Below are positions 12,400 through 26,529 of a stretch of 64,000 nt of DNA, in pieces (positions within the stretch are counted from its first letter, which is position 1; the number at the start of each line of letters is the position of its first letter). The translations under genes and the position numbers were made by a program. The notes under the pieces are model-generated. The model did not search any database. It was not told the DNA's origin and worked only from the letters and a program-made list of their open reading frames with translations. Source of the DNA: Hypanus sabinus (taxonomy: Eukaryota). Location of the stretch: assembly GCF_030144855.1 (NCBI RefSeq), contig NC_082722.1:19964001-20028000 (forward strand), read 5' to 3'.

Positions 12400-14990
12400 T
12401 CATGTCTTATGCACTGCGAGGGACTTGTTACTGGGCAAGTCAAGTATATTTGTATAGTGATGAAGGTGCGTCTGCTATTGCGTTGTTCTCATTGAAAACA
12501 CGAATATGCAAGAGGATATTTAAGAAAGAAATTACAAGGATTAAAAGACTATAAGAAGGCACAAGTTTGTCATAGCAGACAAGGCAATGGAGAATACTAA
12601 ATGAGTCTACAGATAGGTTAGGAAAATAATGATTGCAAGGGACAACATGGATCCTCTGGAAAATTAGCATGGTCATCCACGTATATAGCCAAAAGAGACA
12701 GAGGACGTCTTACCTGTATTTTCTCAGAAGGTGGACACACAGTCAGTAGAAGAGAGGTGGAGCTGCTTGTTGTAGTGTTCAAAATGAAACTGACGACTTC
12801 AGGAAAACCAACGTACCAGAAAAGTGTGATGTTGATAGCATCCCTCAAGAATATGCCGTGGAAGTGAAGAATTTGTTCAATGGATTATACCTGTCAGAGA
12901 GAAAGCCAGAAGAACTATGGATAGAAGTAATGAGCGTTATACAACAGGTGGCAACAAAGATATTGCAAATAAAAAGAAGACCAGGAAAGCAAAACGGCTT
13001 TCTTTGACAGCTCTACAAGTAGCTGAGCAGCAAAGAGATGTGAAGCTCAATGGAGATTGGAACAAATTCCTCCAATTGAACATAAGGTTCAAGAAGATAC
13101 CAATGAAATATAAGCAAACTTACTTAAAAGGAGCAATGCAAGGAAGCTGAACAAGCGAAAATAATTGCAAAAACAAATGGTCCATTCAAGAATATTAGAG
13201 AAATCAAAGGAACATTTCATTCAAAAATTAGTATAGTAAAAGACAAATAAGGGAGGTCCTTAGCACAGCAGAAAACATCAAAAAGAGACCATAAGACCAA
13301 GAAATATAGGAGCAGAACAGGGCCATTCGGCTCATCGAATCTGCTCCGCCATTCAATCATAAAGAGATGACGAGAAGAATTGAATAGGAAAGATCCCACA
13401 GCGAAGACGCCTGTAATGAATCTCTCATCGATCTACAGCTGGACATTTGTAAAGTGAAATTGAATGGGCGATAGAAAATAATGCCAATAAGAAGACTGCA
13501 GGATGTGACAGGATTCCAGTTGAATTGTTTAAGTCTTTAAAGATGATGCTGTGTAAAATTGTTGCATGCAATTTTCCAGCCGATCTGGATAATCCAATAA
13601 TGGTCTGAAGACAGGAAAAGATCAGTTCATATCCCAATTCCCAAGAACGGAAATGCAGAGTAATGTTTAAATTACTGGACAGTTTCACGAAATTTCACAT
13701 GCAAGCAAGGTTATTCTAAGGTCATGGAAGCAAAACTTCACTATTATATGGAATGAGAGCTGCCAGATGTACAAGCTGGATTTAGAAGCGGCAGGGGCAC
13801 CAGACTCCTAATTACTAACCTTCGTTGGAAAATGGAGATATCGTGGAAAATCCAAAAATGTGCTTATCTATGTTTTATTGACTACTCTAAAGCCTTCGAG
13901 AATGTGTACCATAATAAACTAAGGCATATCTTTAAAGAAATGAGATACCTGGACATATAATCTGTCTTATGAGAAACTTGTACGAAGATCAACAAGCAAT
14001 AGTTAGGAATGAACATGGAACAAATAAATTTAAAAAATGGTTCAAGTTTGGGAAGAGTACGACAAGACTGCATACAGTCACGGTAATTATTTAATCTACA
14101 GTATATGCTGAACACGTCATGAGGAATGCTGACCGAGAGGGCTGAAATGTTGGAATCAAAATTACCGGACTAAATATTAACAACCTCAGACATGCAGATG
14201 ATACTCCTCCAATGGCTGTAAGTTAGTAGGATCTGAGACAGCTTCTCATCAAAGTGAAAGAATAAAGTGCAAGGGTTGGATTTCGCTCAATATGAAGAAA
14301 GTCAAGATTATGTCAACCAGCCTTATTAATCCCCTGGTAATAAACGGAAAGCACCTGGAAGCAGTGACGGATTTTGTCTTCCGCCTTTCAAAGATTTCTA
14401 TAGGTGATAACTGCCGCCGTTAAATTAAACACCGCTTACTTATCAGAGAGCATCAATTGCACTACTACTACGTCGACTCAGTATTGGCAAATTTGAAAAT
14501 AAAATGCTGAGGAGCAGAGATATAACATTGTCTACGAGATTAGGCCAATGGTATTTCCAGTTGTAACGAGTTGCTGTTAGAGTTGTACTATTAGTAAGGC
14601 TGAATACAAAAGTATCGACGACTTTGACTTGGCTGCTGCAGGAAAGTGTCAGGACTTCTTCGGACAGCAAGAAGATCGAACAAGATAATACTTGAAGAAA
14701 TACAGCTAGACTGATCATTAGGAGACTTGATTATGAGATAAACGTTCAAATAGTTTGGCCGCATCAAGAGAAAGCAGAATTCCTTGGAGAAGACTGTCAT
14801 GTTAGGTAAAACAGAAGGTAAGAGAAGGAGAGAGCGACAGAGACTACAGTAGAGAGATAATACTACTCAGCCAATGCGTGTGACGTTGGGGGATCTCAGA
14901 GAGACAATTTCCAACAAGAAGACTTGCTGTACAGGAGTCCAAGAGATCACCGAGAGTCTGTCACGAATGAACGACTGAACAACAATGAGC
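12400..14990 (+). mobile_element. RTE-clade (BovB-like) LINE, degenerate
   Basis: Broken reading frames give IPQEYAVEVKNLFNGL, LPDVQAGFRSGRGTR, CFIDYSKAF and NNLRHADDT; 3' end 'gagagtctgtcacgaatgaacgactgaacaacaa'. Interrupted near 13290-13360 by a short CR1-type tail. Confidence 0.8.
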
Positions 14991-14999
14991 TTGACAGCA

Positions 15000-15720
15000 G
15001 TAGTGGTAAAGTTATTGGAAGCTATTCTAAGGTACTGGATATAGAAGTATCCAGATAGACATGGACTGACTAAAGAGAGTCATCATGGCTTCTTGCATGA
15101 TAGAACATATCTAACCAATCTTATAAAGTTTTCCGAGCCAGGAAACTAGTTGAAAAGAAGACAGTGTATGTTGCCAACATCGACTTCAGAAAGACATTTG
15201 ACAAGGACCACATGGGAGGCTGCTCAAGAAGGTTCAGTCGCTTAGTATTCACTGCGAGCTAGAAAATTGGATTAGCCATAGATTTGTGGGAGAAGAAAAG
15301 AAATAGCATTGTATAGTTGCCTATTTGATCGGAGGACTGTGGCACGCCGCATGGATATGTGCAGGGTCTATTTCTGTCTGTCATCTATATTGCCGATCTG
15401 GATGATAATGTGGATAACTACGTTTGTAGATCAGGAAATTTGCGGATTAAACAACATTATGGGTATAATGGACAACGAGGAAGGCTTTCCTGCCCGCAAA
15501 GGGATCTGGATCAGCAGGAAAATTAGATTGAAAATGGCAGTAGGAATTTAATGTAAACAAGCACGAGGTGTTGCATTTCGGTGGAACCAACCAGGGTAGG
15601 TCTTACACGGTGAATGACAGGGCATGGAGTAGTGTGATAGAACAAAAGAATCTGGGAATATAGCTGCATAACTTGCTGAAAGTGGTGTCACAGGTAGATA
15701 GGGCAGTAAGGAAAACTTCT
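15000..15720 (+). mobile_element. CR1 LINE RT fragment
   Basis: Degenerate 'DFRKTFDKDHMGGCSRRF' and 'gttgcatttcggtggaaccaaccagggtaggtcttacac' CR1 RT text. Confidence 0.65.
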
Positions 15721-15959
15721 AGCACAAACTGTTCTGGCTGCTACCATCCGGGAAACGGTACCGCAGCATAAAAGCCAGGACCAAGAGGCTGCAGTTCAGC
15801 TTCTTCCAGGTTATCAAAGTGCTAACGCATCCTGACACAACTGTATTTCTATGTCATATTGACTATCCTATTGTACATACTATTTATTATAAATTACTAC
15901 AGTTTGCATATAGCACCATTAGACTGAGATGAGCATGTATTTAAATATTCAATGCATTT

Positions 15960-16580
15960 CAATTCTACCTTCATCAATGATACATCGTCAAAGAAGTTAA
16001 TCAGGTTCGTAGGCATGACCTACCCTTGACAAAGCAATGCTGACCGTCCCAAATCAGATAATGTCTCTCAAAATGCTCACAAATTCTGCCTCTCAATACC
16101 TTCTCCATCAATTGGCCCACCCTGGAAACCGGATTCACTGTATAATTTCCTCTGTTATCTCTGCTGCCTTTCTCGTAGAAGTGAACATCATTGACAACTT
16201 TCCAATCCTCCAGTATTTCTACGGTCCCTATGATAATACCTTTGAAAAGCCCTAGCAGATCTTCTTTCTTAATGATATACATTGAAGTGTTTCAGTGCAC
16301 TGTAAGTAATCCCCACAATTGTCAATGGTAAATTTTGAAGGAAACTACTCATTATGTACCTCAGCTATGTCCTCCGGTTCCATGTACATGCTTCCATTCA
16401 TGTGTCATTCGTGATTGGACACATTCTCTCACGGCTAAACCTTCTGCTCTTCACATGCTTGGAGAACACCTTGGGATTTTCATTAAATGCTGGTCTGCAA
16501 GGCCTTCTCATGGCACCTTCTAGCTCTCCTAACTTCAACCTTGAGCTCTTTCCTGGCAACCGTGTAATTTTCTAAATGGA
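15960..16580 (-). mobile_element. CR1 LINE fragments
   Basis: ORF 16001-16282 contains HFYEKGSRDNRGNYTVNPVSRVGQL...GQHCFVKGRSCL; the 16400-16560 minus strand resembles 'ARKELK.EVRRARR.HEKAL'. Confidence 0.7.
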
Positions 16581-17549
16581 GCAAGTCATATAAAAATTCA
16601 TACATTACAGGAAATAATATACGCTCCGGTTCACTGAGAACCAAATTGTCACCTGATGACCTTAACGTGTTCCAGACTAAAACGAGTTAGAATATACATT
16701 TTAAAATTATTTGAAAGTTCTGTGTTTTCATTTAAACGGTATAATTTTCTTTTCCTACGGCCTCGCAGAAACACGTTACAAAATAGTTGAAAAAAATCAA
16801 TTCGCAGAAAATGCAGGAGTGTCGGGAACTGCACGAGCCTCACTGGCTGGAAATGAGCAAAAATCCTTATGCATTAAAGAAGGTGTAATCAGAAGTGGAT
16901 ACTTTTGAATGGGCACACGGATATGCATTATATTATGGGATATAGGACATTCTCAGCTCGCTAAGATCTAGTTTAGTTTGACATCGTGTTCACGAGAGGC
17001 AGCTTTTCCGGAGGTGCTATAACTCTGCTGTACTCATCCATCTTATATTAACAGCAGTGTTAATGGGTAAGGAGCAGGTCGAAAACTGCATGATGAGACA
17101 AAATTGAGAGGTGTCTTTTAAACAAAATATTCTCACGATGCATTGAAAGACAAACAAAAGGAGAAACAGGCTCATGCATCCATGTGTTTATCGCATTTCG
17201 AGTTAGGTCATCAATGGAAAGCTGTGTAATTAATGGAGAAGAGCATTGCGGAAGTTTGTGAGCCGAAATTAAGCAGAAAACATGTGGAAGTCTTGGCCGG
17301 TCAGGATCTTTCCCAGAAGAAGGGGAAATACGAAACATTGCTGTTCATGTCGGAGTGAAAAATTATCAACTTGAAGTGCTAACACGATTTCTCTCCGCCG
17401 ATGGAGCCGAACGTCCTGAGAGATTCCTGGCACTTTTACCAACGATACCAAACGTCGCATTAATTTTGCAATCCGGCTAGTCCAACAGAGCTCCCTATTG
17501 TCTCACCAAAAGAATAACAAAAATACAGTTGAAACGTTTATATTATCAC

Positions 17550-17860
17550 GAGAGGCTGGATAAACTTGGGTAATTTCCTTTGGGGCATCGGAGACTGAGG
17601 GGACATCTGAGAGAGGTTTACAAGAATATCAGAGGATTAGACAGTGTACAGAGAGTATCGGGTGCCCAAGTTTGAAACGTGAAAATAAATTAATGGTGGG
17701 AGGAAATAGGTTTAAAGGGGTATGAGAGGTAAGCAATTCTACTCAGAGAGTCGTGGATGCCTGGAATGCCCTGCCTGGTATGTTGGTAGCGGCAAGTACA
17801 ATAGAGGCTTTTAATAAACGTTTGGATAGTCATCTGGATATGAAGACGATGGGGGAATAT
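17550..17860 (+). mobile_element. CR1 LINE 3' fragment
   Basis: 'ggagactgaggggacatctgagagaggtttacaag...actcagagagtcgtggatgcctggaatgccctgcctgg'. Confidence 0.7.
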
Positions 17861-18180
17861 GGAAATGACTGTTGTGGGTGTGCCACCTAATGACAGCTAG
17901 CTAACAGTACTGATAGTACTGACAGTATCTTTCTTGGGTTACCCGGTAGCTATCCGCCTATTCAGCATTGCGACACGAGGGGCTCGTTTACTGACATGCC
18001 CTGCCGATCGGCAGTCATGGGCCGTATTAAACTGTTCCGCAGACATCCTTCCATTTCGAAAGTGAAAGGGCTGAGCTTTTTTTAAACCACTAGCCAGATT
18101 TTAGTTTCAGCCGCACCTAGATAGAGAACAGAACCTGACCAGATTTTGGATTTTTTTTCAGTTCCTGGAGTGGTGGTGGT

Positions 18181-18200
18181 GGGGGGGGGGGGGGGGGGGG
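18181..18200 (+). repeat. Poly-G run (20 nt) within a G-rich tract
   Basis: Directly visible; flanked by ggtggtggt and ttgggtgggggg. Confidence 0.95.
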
Positions 18201-18362
18201 TTGGGTGGGGGGAGCGCGTCTATTGTTGCACCGGTTGATGTCTTTTCCCTGAAACTAAGGCCCATCTCCTCACCTGTTCTACAAATCTATGCGGCTGACC
18301 AACTCACCGTCCAGGGGCTTTACAAACTCCACCTCCTGCTGACGGAGCAGGCGTTTGACAAA

Positions 18363-18417
<55 letters not shown>
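18363..18417 (+). repeat. (TAT)n microsatellite, about 18 units
   Basis: Directly visible. Confidence 0.97.
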
Positions 18418-18709
18418 GTTAGAAAGAGATAGATTCTTTCTGGCAATGAAGTAGGTGTTTAACACAAAACATGTACAAAAGTACCAACACATTGATGATG
18501 AAAAAAGTAGAAAATGCCACGAGAAAATAGAAATATCCAACACATTACGTAATCTTGCAGGAGCTTAAATCAACCTGATTACTTTCACAAGCACAATTAA
18601 GTTGCAATCATGATTCCACAAAATTTTGATTTAAAATACAAACTCATAAAAAGCATCATACCTTACTATAAATACAAGCCTAATTTTAGAGACAAAATTA
18701 GAGTCCAAT

Positions 18710-21590
18710 TCCACCCCCACAACATCAGTGGCCTGACGAATGAGTTTGTTGATTCTGTTGGTGTCTGCTGCCCTCAGCCTGCTACCCCAGCACAGAAAAG
18801 AAAACATGATAGCGTTGGCCACCACCGCCTCATACAACATCCTCAACATCGTCCGGCAGATGTTAGAGGACCTCAGTCTCCTCAGGAAATAGATACGGCT
18901 CTGACCCTTCTTGTAGGCAGCCTCGGTGTTCTTTGACCAGTCCAGTTTATTGTCCATTCGTATCCTCAGGTATTTGTAATCCTCCACTATGTCCACACTG
19001 ACCCCTTGGATGGACACAGGGGTCACCGGTACCTTTGCCCTCTTCAGGTCCACCACCAGCTCCTTAGTCTTTTTCACCTTAAGCTGCAGGTGTTTCTGCT
19101 CACACCACGTGACAAAGTTTCCCACCGTAGCCCTGTACTCAGCCTCATCTCCCTTGCTGATACATCCAACTATGGCAGAGTCATCAGAAAACTTCTGAAG
19201 ATGGCAAGACTCTGTGTTATAGTTGAAGTCCGAGGTGTAGATGGTAAAGAGAAAAGGAGACAGGACAGTCCCCTGTGGAGCCCCAGTGCTGCTGACCACT
19301 CTGTCTGACACACAGTTGCAAACGCACGTATTGTGGTCTGCCAGTCAGATAATCAATAATCCATGACACCAGGGAAGCATCCACCAGCATCACTGTCAGT
19401 TTCTCACCCAGCAGAGCAAGGCGATGAACGCACTGGAGAAGTCAAAAAACATGACCCTGACAGTGCTCGCCGGTTTGTCCAGGTGTGCGCAGACACGGTT
19501 CAGCTGGTAGACCATGGCATCCTCAACTCCTAGTCGGGGATGATAGGCAAACTGGTTGGGGTTTAAGTGTGGCCTAACCATAGGCCGGAGCAGCTCTAGA
19601 ACAAGTCTCTCCAGTGTCCTCATGATGTGGGAGGTCAATTCCTCCGGTCTGTAGTCATTGGAGCCACTGGGGCGCAGTGTCTTCGGTACAGGGACGAGGC
19701 AGGACGGCTTCCACAGCACAGGCATCCTCTGGAGACTCAGTCTCAGGTTGAAGACATGGTGAAGTATCCCACATAGCTTGGGGCACAGGCTTCGGGCACC
19801 CTGGGGCTGACACCATCCGGGCCTTCAGCCTTTTTTGGATGGAGACGCTTCAACTGTCTTCTCACCTGTTCAGCTGTGATGCCCACCGTTGTGGTTTCAG
19901 GTGATGGAGGGGTGGGGGGCTGTGAGCAGGGGTAGGAGGGGAGAGTTGAGTATGTTTTGTTTGGGGGCCGAGAACAGATGTAACATGTGGGGGATGGGCA
20001 GGGGCCACAGTGTCAAATCTAGTGAAGAACAGGTTACGTTCGTTGGCCCTGTCCACACTGCCTTCAGTTTCTCTGATGCTGGTCTGCCGGCACACAGTTA
20101 TGGTCCTCATCCAACTCCGGAACTCTCTCGTGTTGTTCTATTGGAGTATCCACTCAAGCCTCCTCCTATACCTGTCTTTAGTCTCCCTGATCTTAGCTTT
20201 CAGGTCCCTCTATGTTGTCCTCAGCTCCTCCCTATTTCCATCTCTAAACGAACTTTTTTTTTGCGTTCAGGATGTCCTTAATGTCCTTTATTACCCATGG
20301 CTTGTTATTTGAATAACAAAGTACAGTTCTTGCTGGAACATTGCAGTCCACACAGAAGTTGACGTAACCAGTGAGGCACTCTGTGAGCCTATCCATGTCC
20401 TCTCCATGTGGCTCACAGAGCGCCTGCCGGTCTGTCGCCTCAGAACAATCCTGGAGTGCCTCATAAGCCTCCCCCGACCATTTCCTCACTGACCTTGGGG
20501 TTGCAGGTTTGCACTTCCCCAGAGGCACGCAGCAGGTTTTGAGATGCACCTTCCCAGTTGAGAGAGGGAAGAGGAGCTGTAAGCATCCTTAACGTTAGCA
20601 TACATCAAGTCCAGGGTCCTCTCTCCTCTGGCTGTACAGCTCACATACTTCATGAACTTGGGCAGTTTTCTAGCCATGGTAACATGGTTGAAATTACCCG
20701 AGATGGTAATGAGGGCACTCGTGTACTGGGATTGTTGTCCGGCTATGACGGTGTGAATGATGTTACACGCCGACGTCGGGTTGGCAGAGGGAGGGATGTA
20801 CACAACAACCACAATTGCATTTGAGAATTACCTTGTCAAATAATATGGCCGGAGTCCAACAGCAGAAACTTCAATATCCGAACTAAAAACACTTTCCTTG
20901 ATCGTAACATGACAAGGGTCGCACCACCTACTGTTAACCAGAACAGCAAACTCCACTCCTTTATGCTAACCGCTCTCCGTGCAATTCTGATCGGCCCGAA
21001 TGGTCTGGAAGTCCTCTATGGAAACGTTTTGGTCGGGTATGTCGGGTATGACAGCCGCGTTTCAGTAAAACACATAACACTGCTCTCCTGAAAAGTCCTC
21101 TGACTCCTGACTACCGCTGTCAACTGGTCCATTCTATTATCCACTGATCTCACATTGCCCATAATGAGAGAGGGGAGACCCGGCTTATAAATCCTCTTCT
21201 CCATTAGTCTCTGTTGTCTCGACCCTGTCCTCCTCCCTCTGCATCCTCTGTGTGTTATCCTCCAGATTTCAGCAGGGGTATCCGCCACTCTCTTCGCTAA
21301 ACCGGCCGGTTTAAGCGTGATCAGCTGGTCCCTGGAATATACTATGCAACCATGCTGCTGCTCCGCAAATGAGAAATGTCCGAATATAAATATTTGCAGT
21401 GCTAAAAACCAGAAGAAAACATTCTCCACCAGCATGTTAGAGAGGGTGCAGCTAAGCCGTGTTACCGTGAAAGAAAAAAATATATAACAAATAACGTAAG
21501 TTAGAAAAGTAAGTGAACTAGTCGGACTGGTTGTGGCAGGCTGCATGCACGGCCAGCGTATGCACGCAATAATATGTCGACTGTTCAAGG
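18710..21590 (-). mobile_element. Rex1/Babar-type LINE, long, frameshifted (APE + RT)
   Basis: APE: LIMGNVRSVDNRMDQL...MCFTETRL (21016-21588), VVVYIPPSAN. RT: NDYRPEELTSHIMRTLERL, RVMFFDFSSAF, GAPQGTVLSPFLFTIYTSD, LQKFSDDSAIVGCI, YKYLRIRMDNKLDW. Confidence 0.92.
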
Positions 21591-24060
21591 GGAGGCTTTT
21601 TAGAAAAGCTTTCTGTTGAGCCCACTAGGAGATCGGCAGTGCCCGATTGGGAGTTTTGCCATCATCCGGAGCTGGTAAGAGAGCTTAATGTTAAGAAACC
21701 CTTAGGGAATAGAGATCACAACACGATCGAGTTCACTTTGAAATTTGAGAGGGGAAAAAGTAAAATCCAATGTGTCAGTATTTCAGTGGAAGAAAGGAAA
21801 ATACAATGGCTTGAGAGATGAATTGGTCGAAGTTGACTGAAGTTGACCTTGTAGGAAGGAGAGCAGAGCAACAATGGCTTGAGTTTCTGCAAAAATATGC
21901 GGGAACTGCAAGACAGATATATTCCTAGTAAAAAGAAATTTTCAAAGGGACGTAGGACACTACAGTGTCTGTGAAGTGAAGCCAGAGCCAAAGTAAAAGC
22001 GAAAGAGTGGGCATACAAGGTCACCACAGCTATCGGTATCTTTTGAAAACTTGCAGAAGGAAACCAAGAAGGTCATTAGGAAGGAAGAGATGGATTATTA
22101 ACGGGAACCAGATCAGTGAATAATATCAAAGAAGATACTAAAAGCTTTTTTTAAGCATATAAAGTGTAAACGAGAGTTGAGGTTTGAACCAATACAAAAT
22201 AACGCTGGTGATATTGTAATGAGCTTTTTTTAAAGTATATAAAGTGTAAACGAGAGTTGAGATTAGAACCAATACAAAATAACGCTGGTGATATTGTAAT
22301 GAGAGAGGCAGAGATGGCAGTGAAATCGCATGCGTATTTTTCATCAATATTCACAGTGGAAGACGACTGCAGAACACTGGACTTTCAACAGTGTCATGGA
22401 AGTGAAATCTTTGCAGTGCAAATTACCACTGAGAAGGTGCTCGGGAAGTTTAAAGGTCTGAGCATGGATAAATCTCCTGAACCTGATAGAATGCACCCTA
22501 AAGTTCTGAAGGAAGTTGCTGGAGAGATTGTGGAGGCATTAACAATGATCTTTCAAGAATCGATAGATTTTGGCATTGTACAGGATGACTGGAAAATTGT
22601 AAATGCTACTCCGCTATTTAGAAATTGCGGGAGACAGTGGAAACGAAACTATAGACATGTTAGCCTGACGTCAATGGATAGGAAGTTGTAGGAATCGATT
22701 GTTAGGAACGAGATTACGGAGTACCTGGAGGCACATGACAAGATAGGCTAAAGACCATGGTTTCCTGAAAGGAAAATCCTGCCAGACAATCCTGCTGCAA
22801 TTCTTTGAAGAAATTACAAGTAGCGTAGATGCAATAGACGTGGTGTATTTTGATTTCCAAGAGGCCTTTGACAAGGTGCCGCACATGAGGCTGCTTAGCA
22901 AGATAAGAGCACATTGAATTACAGGTAGGTTATCAGCATGGATGGATTAACTGGTCGGCATAAAACAGAGAATGAGAATTAAGGGATCCTACTCTGGCTG
23001 GCTGCCAGTTACCAGTGGAGCTCCCCAGGGGTTCACTTTGGGGCAGCTGATTTTTATGACGCATGTCAATGATTTGGACTACGGCATCAATAGATTTGTG
23101 GTTAAATTTACCGATGACACAAAGACAGGTGGTTCAGTGGGGAGTGCTGAGGAAACAGAGAGCCTGAAGAGAGACTTAGATAGATTAAGGGACTGGGCAA
23201 ATAAATTGCAAATGAAATACTATGTTGTAACGTGCATAGTCATGCACTTTGGGGGAAGAATTCAACAGAAATACCAGTATTTCGGTGGTGAGATAATTCA
23301 AAATGCAGACATGCAAAGGGACTTGGGAGTCCTTGCACAAGATACCTTAAATGTTAACCTCCAGGTTGAGTCGGTTTTGAAGAAGGCGCAGCCAATGTTG
23401 GCATTCATTTCTGGAGGTATAGAATATAAGAGCAGGGGTGTGAGGTTAAGGGTCTATAGGGCAGTCGTGACACCAGACGGAGTATTGTCTGCAGTTTTGG
23501 GCTCTTTATTTTGGAAATGATATACTGACATCGGAGATAATGCAGAGAAGATTCACAAGAATGATTCCAGGAATTAAACGTTTACCGCATGAGGAACGTC
23601 TGATAGGTCTTGGGCTGTATTCCCTGGAGTTCAGGAGAATGAAGGGGGATCTCATGGAAACGTTCCGAATGTTAAAAGGCTTGAACAGATTAGATATGGC
23701 AATGTTATTTCTCATGCTAGGGGAATCTGTTACAAGAGGGCCCGACTTTAAGATAAGGACGTCTATTTAAAACTGAGATGATGGAAAATATATTCAGTCA
23801 GAGGTTAGTGTATCTGTGTAATTTGATGGCACAAGCGGATTTGGAGTCTTACCAATCGGGTGTACTTAAGGCAGAGATACAGAGGTTCTTGATTAGCCAG
23901 GGCATAAAAGGGTATGGGGAGAAGGCAGCGGAATGGGGGTGCCTGGAAGAATTGCATCAGGTCACGATAGTAAGGCGGAAGAGACTCGATGAGCTGAGTA
24001 GTCTATTTCTGCTCCTGTATCTTATGGTCTTACGGTCTCAGCAATAGATGGTGGAGCGGA
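21590..24060 (+). mobile_element. CR1 LINE, 5'-truncated and frameshifted
   Basis: KPLGNRDHNTIEF, KSPEPDRMHPKVLKEVA, VTSGAPQG, VVKFTDDTKTGG, MQRRFTRMIPG...YSLEFRRMKGDL, ending in the CR1 3' UTR. Confidence 0.9.
22144..22303 (+). repeat. About 80-bp direct tandem duplication inside the CR1
   Basis: 'tataaagtgtaaacgagagttgag...aaccaatacaaaataacgctggtgatattgtaatgag' occurs twice in succession. Confidence 0.9.
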
Positions 24061-26529
24061 CCCCATCGTCAAAATGCCCAGAATATGCTCCTATATTTTA
24101 TGCTGTTATAGTTTTATGGCTGATTGGCTTGATCTGCATCCTCGTTTTCTCGCCTTCCAGTGATCCCGTCTGCTCACTTGCTGCTTGACAATTTGCCTGA
24201 ATGATGGGCGGCTGGGGTAGATTTCCCATCGCCAATCATTTATTGGGTTTGTTCACCGAGGTCGCTTTGTATCTTAAATCCCTTCGAACTTTCCACTGAC
24301 AAATACTGTTTGTACTTCTACATTTCAAGTAAAAGTGCCGAATGTCATATCTTATTATTAATACCCAACATGTTGACTGTGGGACGTTGCCTAACTCAGC
24401 AAAAATGCTGAAGGTTATGGACACAGCTCAGTTCATCAGGAAACCAACCTACCATCTATGTATTCGATATACATTTGGCTTCACTGTCCCCTCTAATCTT
24501 CGCGGGTGCGCCGCCGCGTGGTAGCTGAAGCGCTCCCGCACACCTTGCTAATATAATTTGAAATCTATGTAAATATAATTAAGAAATACCATATAAGTTA
24601 TTGTGTTGGTGTATGTAATCCATATGTTTTCCAAATAATAAACGTACCAAATCCATTACCGTGTAACGTTTTAGAACGTCAACGTATTACATTGTCAGTG
24701 TTTCAAATTGGAACGGTGCTTGAAATTGTAACAGTCAGCTCAGAGTGGAAATTGGTAGATCATTGTTAATAAACTGCCAGTCCGTACATAATCCTTTTAT
24801 AAACCATGGCAAATTTTTTTGCTTGGAGCAATTGTTGGTACGTACTGCCGTTAAAAGATAAGTAGAGGGAAAGTTGCCTCCCTCCCCCGCCCATGAAAAT
24901 AAACCAGGCTAATCAAGGGCAAATCCTCTTCGAAGACTGATGAGGGGTTTCGAACCGAAGCGCTGATGGTTTATACCTCTCCATATATTAGGGGTTTTCA
25001 ACCTTTTTATGCCACGGACCACCACGATTAACGGAAGTTGGGAGGCCCTATCAGAGATGGCGCATGACCTGGTGAGTTCCTCCAGCATTTTGTATTTGCT
25101 GCTCTGGATTTCAGAAATTCTTGTGACTTGCTCTGTCATGAGTACTAACAGGCTATAGTGGAGCGATATTAGAATTGTTGATGCAGAAAGGGATTTTACG
25201 GCGCACGTAACAACGGCACATCAGGATACAGATAAGAAGGCGTTTAGGCTCCTTGCCCTCTTGGCAATATATTGACAAGGTCCGGGGCATCATGTGTACC
25301 TGTAGACAATGGCTAGGCCGGTCATGGAGTGTCGTGTGCGCTTCTGGTCACCCAAGAGAAAACGTCGTACAGCTAGAACGATTGCAAAAGAGATTCTCTG
25401 GGATATTGCTTGGAATGGAATTTTTTTTTGTGGCACGGAGAGATTGGATAGACGTGGACTGTTTACTCTGGAATACAGGTGACTGAGAGATAACCTTATG
25501 AATTAGAAAAAAAAATCAATTGTTACGGACATTAATATACAAGATGTTCACAGTCGTTCTCTCAATACAGGGGATACAAATATGAAAGCCATAGTTGTGA
25601 ACTGAGAGAGAAATAAATTAAAGCGGAACTGGACACGGCATGCTTTTCTAATGGACAGAGGACTGCAGGTATATCGAAAAAGCTGTTAGAGGAAGTGCTA
25701 CAGTGCTGGAGGTAGGTAAGAACGGCTACATAAATATTTTCGTTCTGAATAGATGAAACATGTGGAGCAGCCCTCTGCTCTGATGCACTACAGGTTTTAA
25801 TGTTTTCTACCAGCTGAAGATCTACAGCAAACTCCTCGTGCAGGTTAACAGGAAATTACAAATAGCAGGGAATCGAAAAACAATAACGGGTTTGCTGATG
25901 ATTTCATGGAAAGCCTTTGTGGTTAAAATGTACATGAGTCTCCGAAATCAATTTGTGGAATGTTGAATTTTTTCAACGTTCGTCGTTTAGTTTACCGACA
26001 ATGGATTTTTTTTAAAAGTGACTTCAAAACCTCTTCCTCTCACCTGAATAGTTACTATGCTTTTTTTGCGATATCCATGTTTCGATCCTACGGCGTGTGC
26101 ATTCTGCAAAGAGAATAACGAGATGCTTCATCACAATGTTTTAAGTTTTAATCTTTAAGCGTATCGATTGCTGACAGCATTCCAAGCGTGAACGGTTAAA
26201 CCATGAGCGACTATCTGGAGAATAATTGCGGTTTATTTTCATTTAAATTTGAAAATAATAAAATGTGTTCGGATACAGACCTCAGATCACACAGCGAAAC
26301 AAAGAAGTGGCCATTTTATGAATAAAAGGATATTATTTCAGGAATTGATTTCACAACCAAGCTAGGTTCTAGACTGACATAGCTATATAAATTACTTTGA
26401 AGTGTTGTTAAGCTTGTACTAAGATGGGTGAAGACATCAGTTTGTTTCGAATCAATAAATGTAATTGGAAATAAAATGAAGACAACTTAAAAATTATAGT
26501 TTCATTACCTCAGTTCATTACGCACTGTG

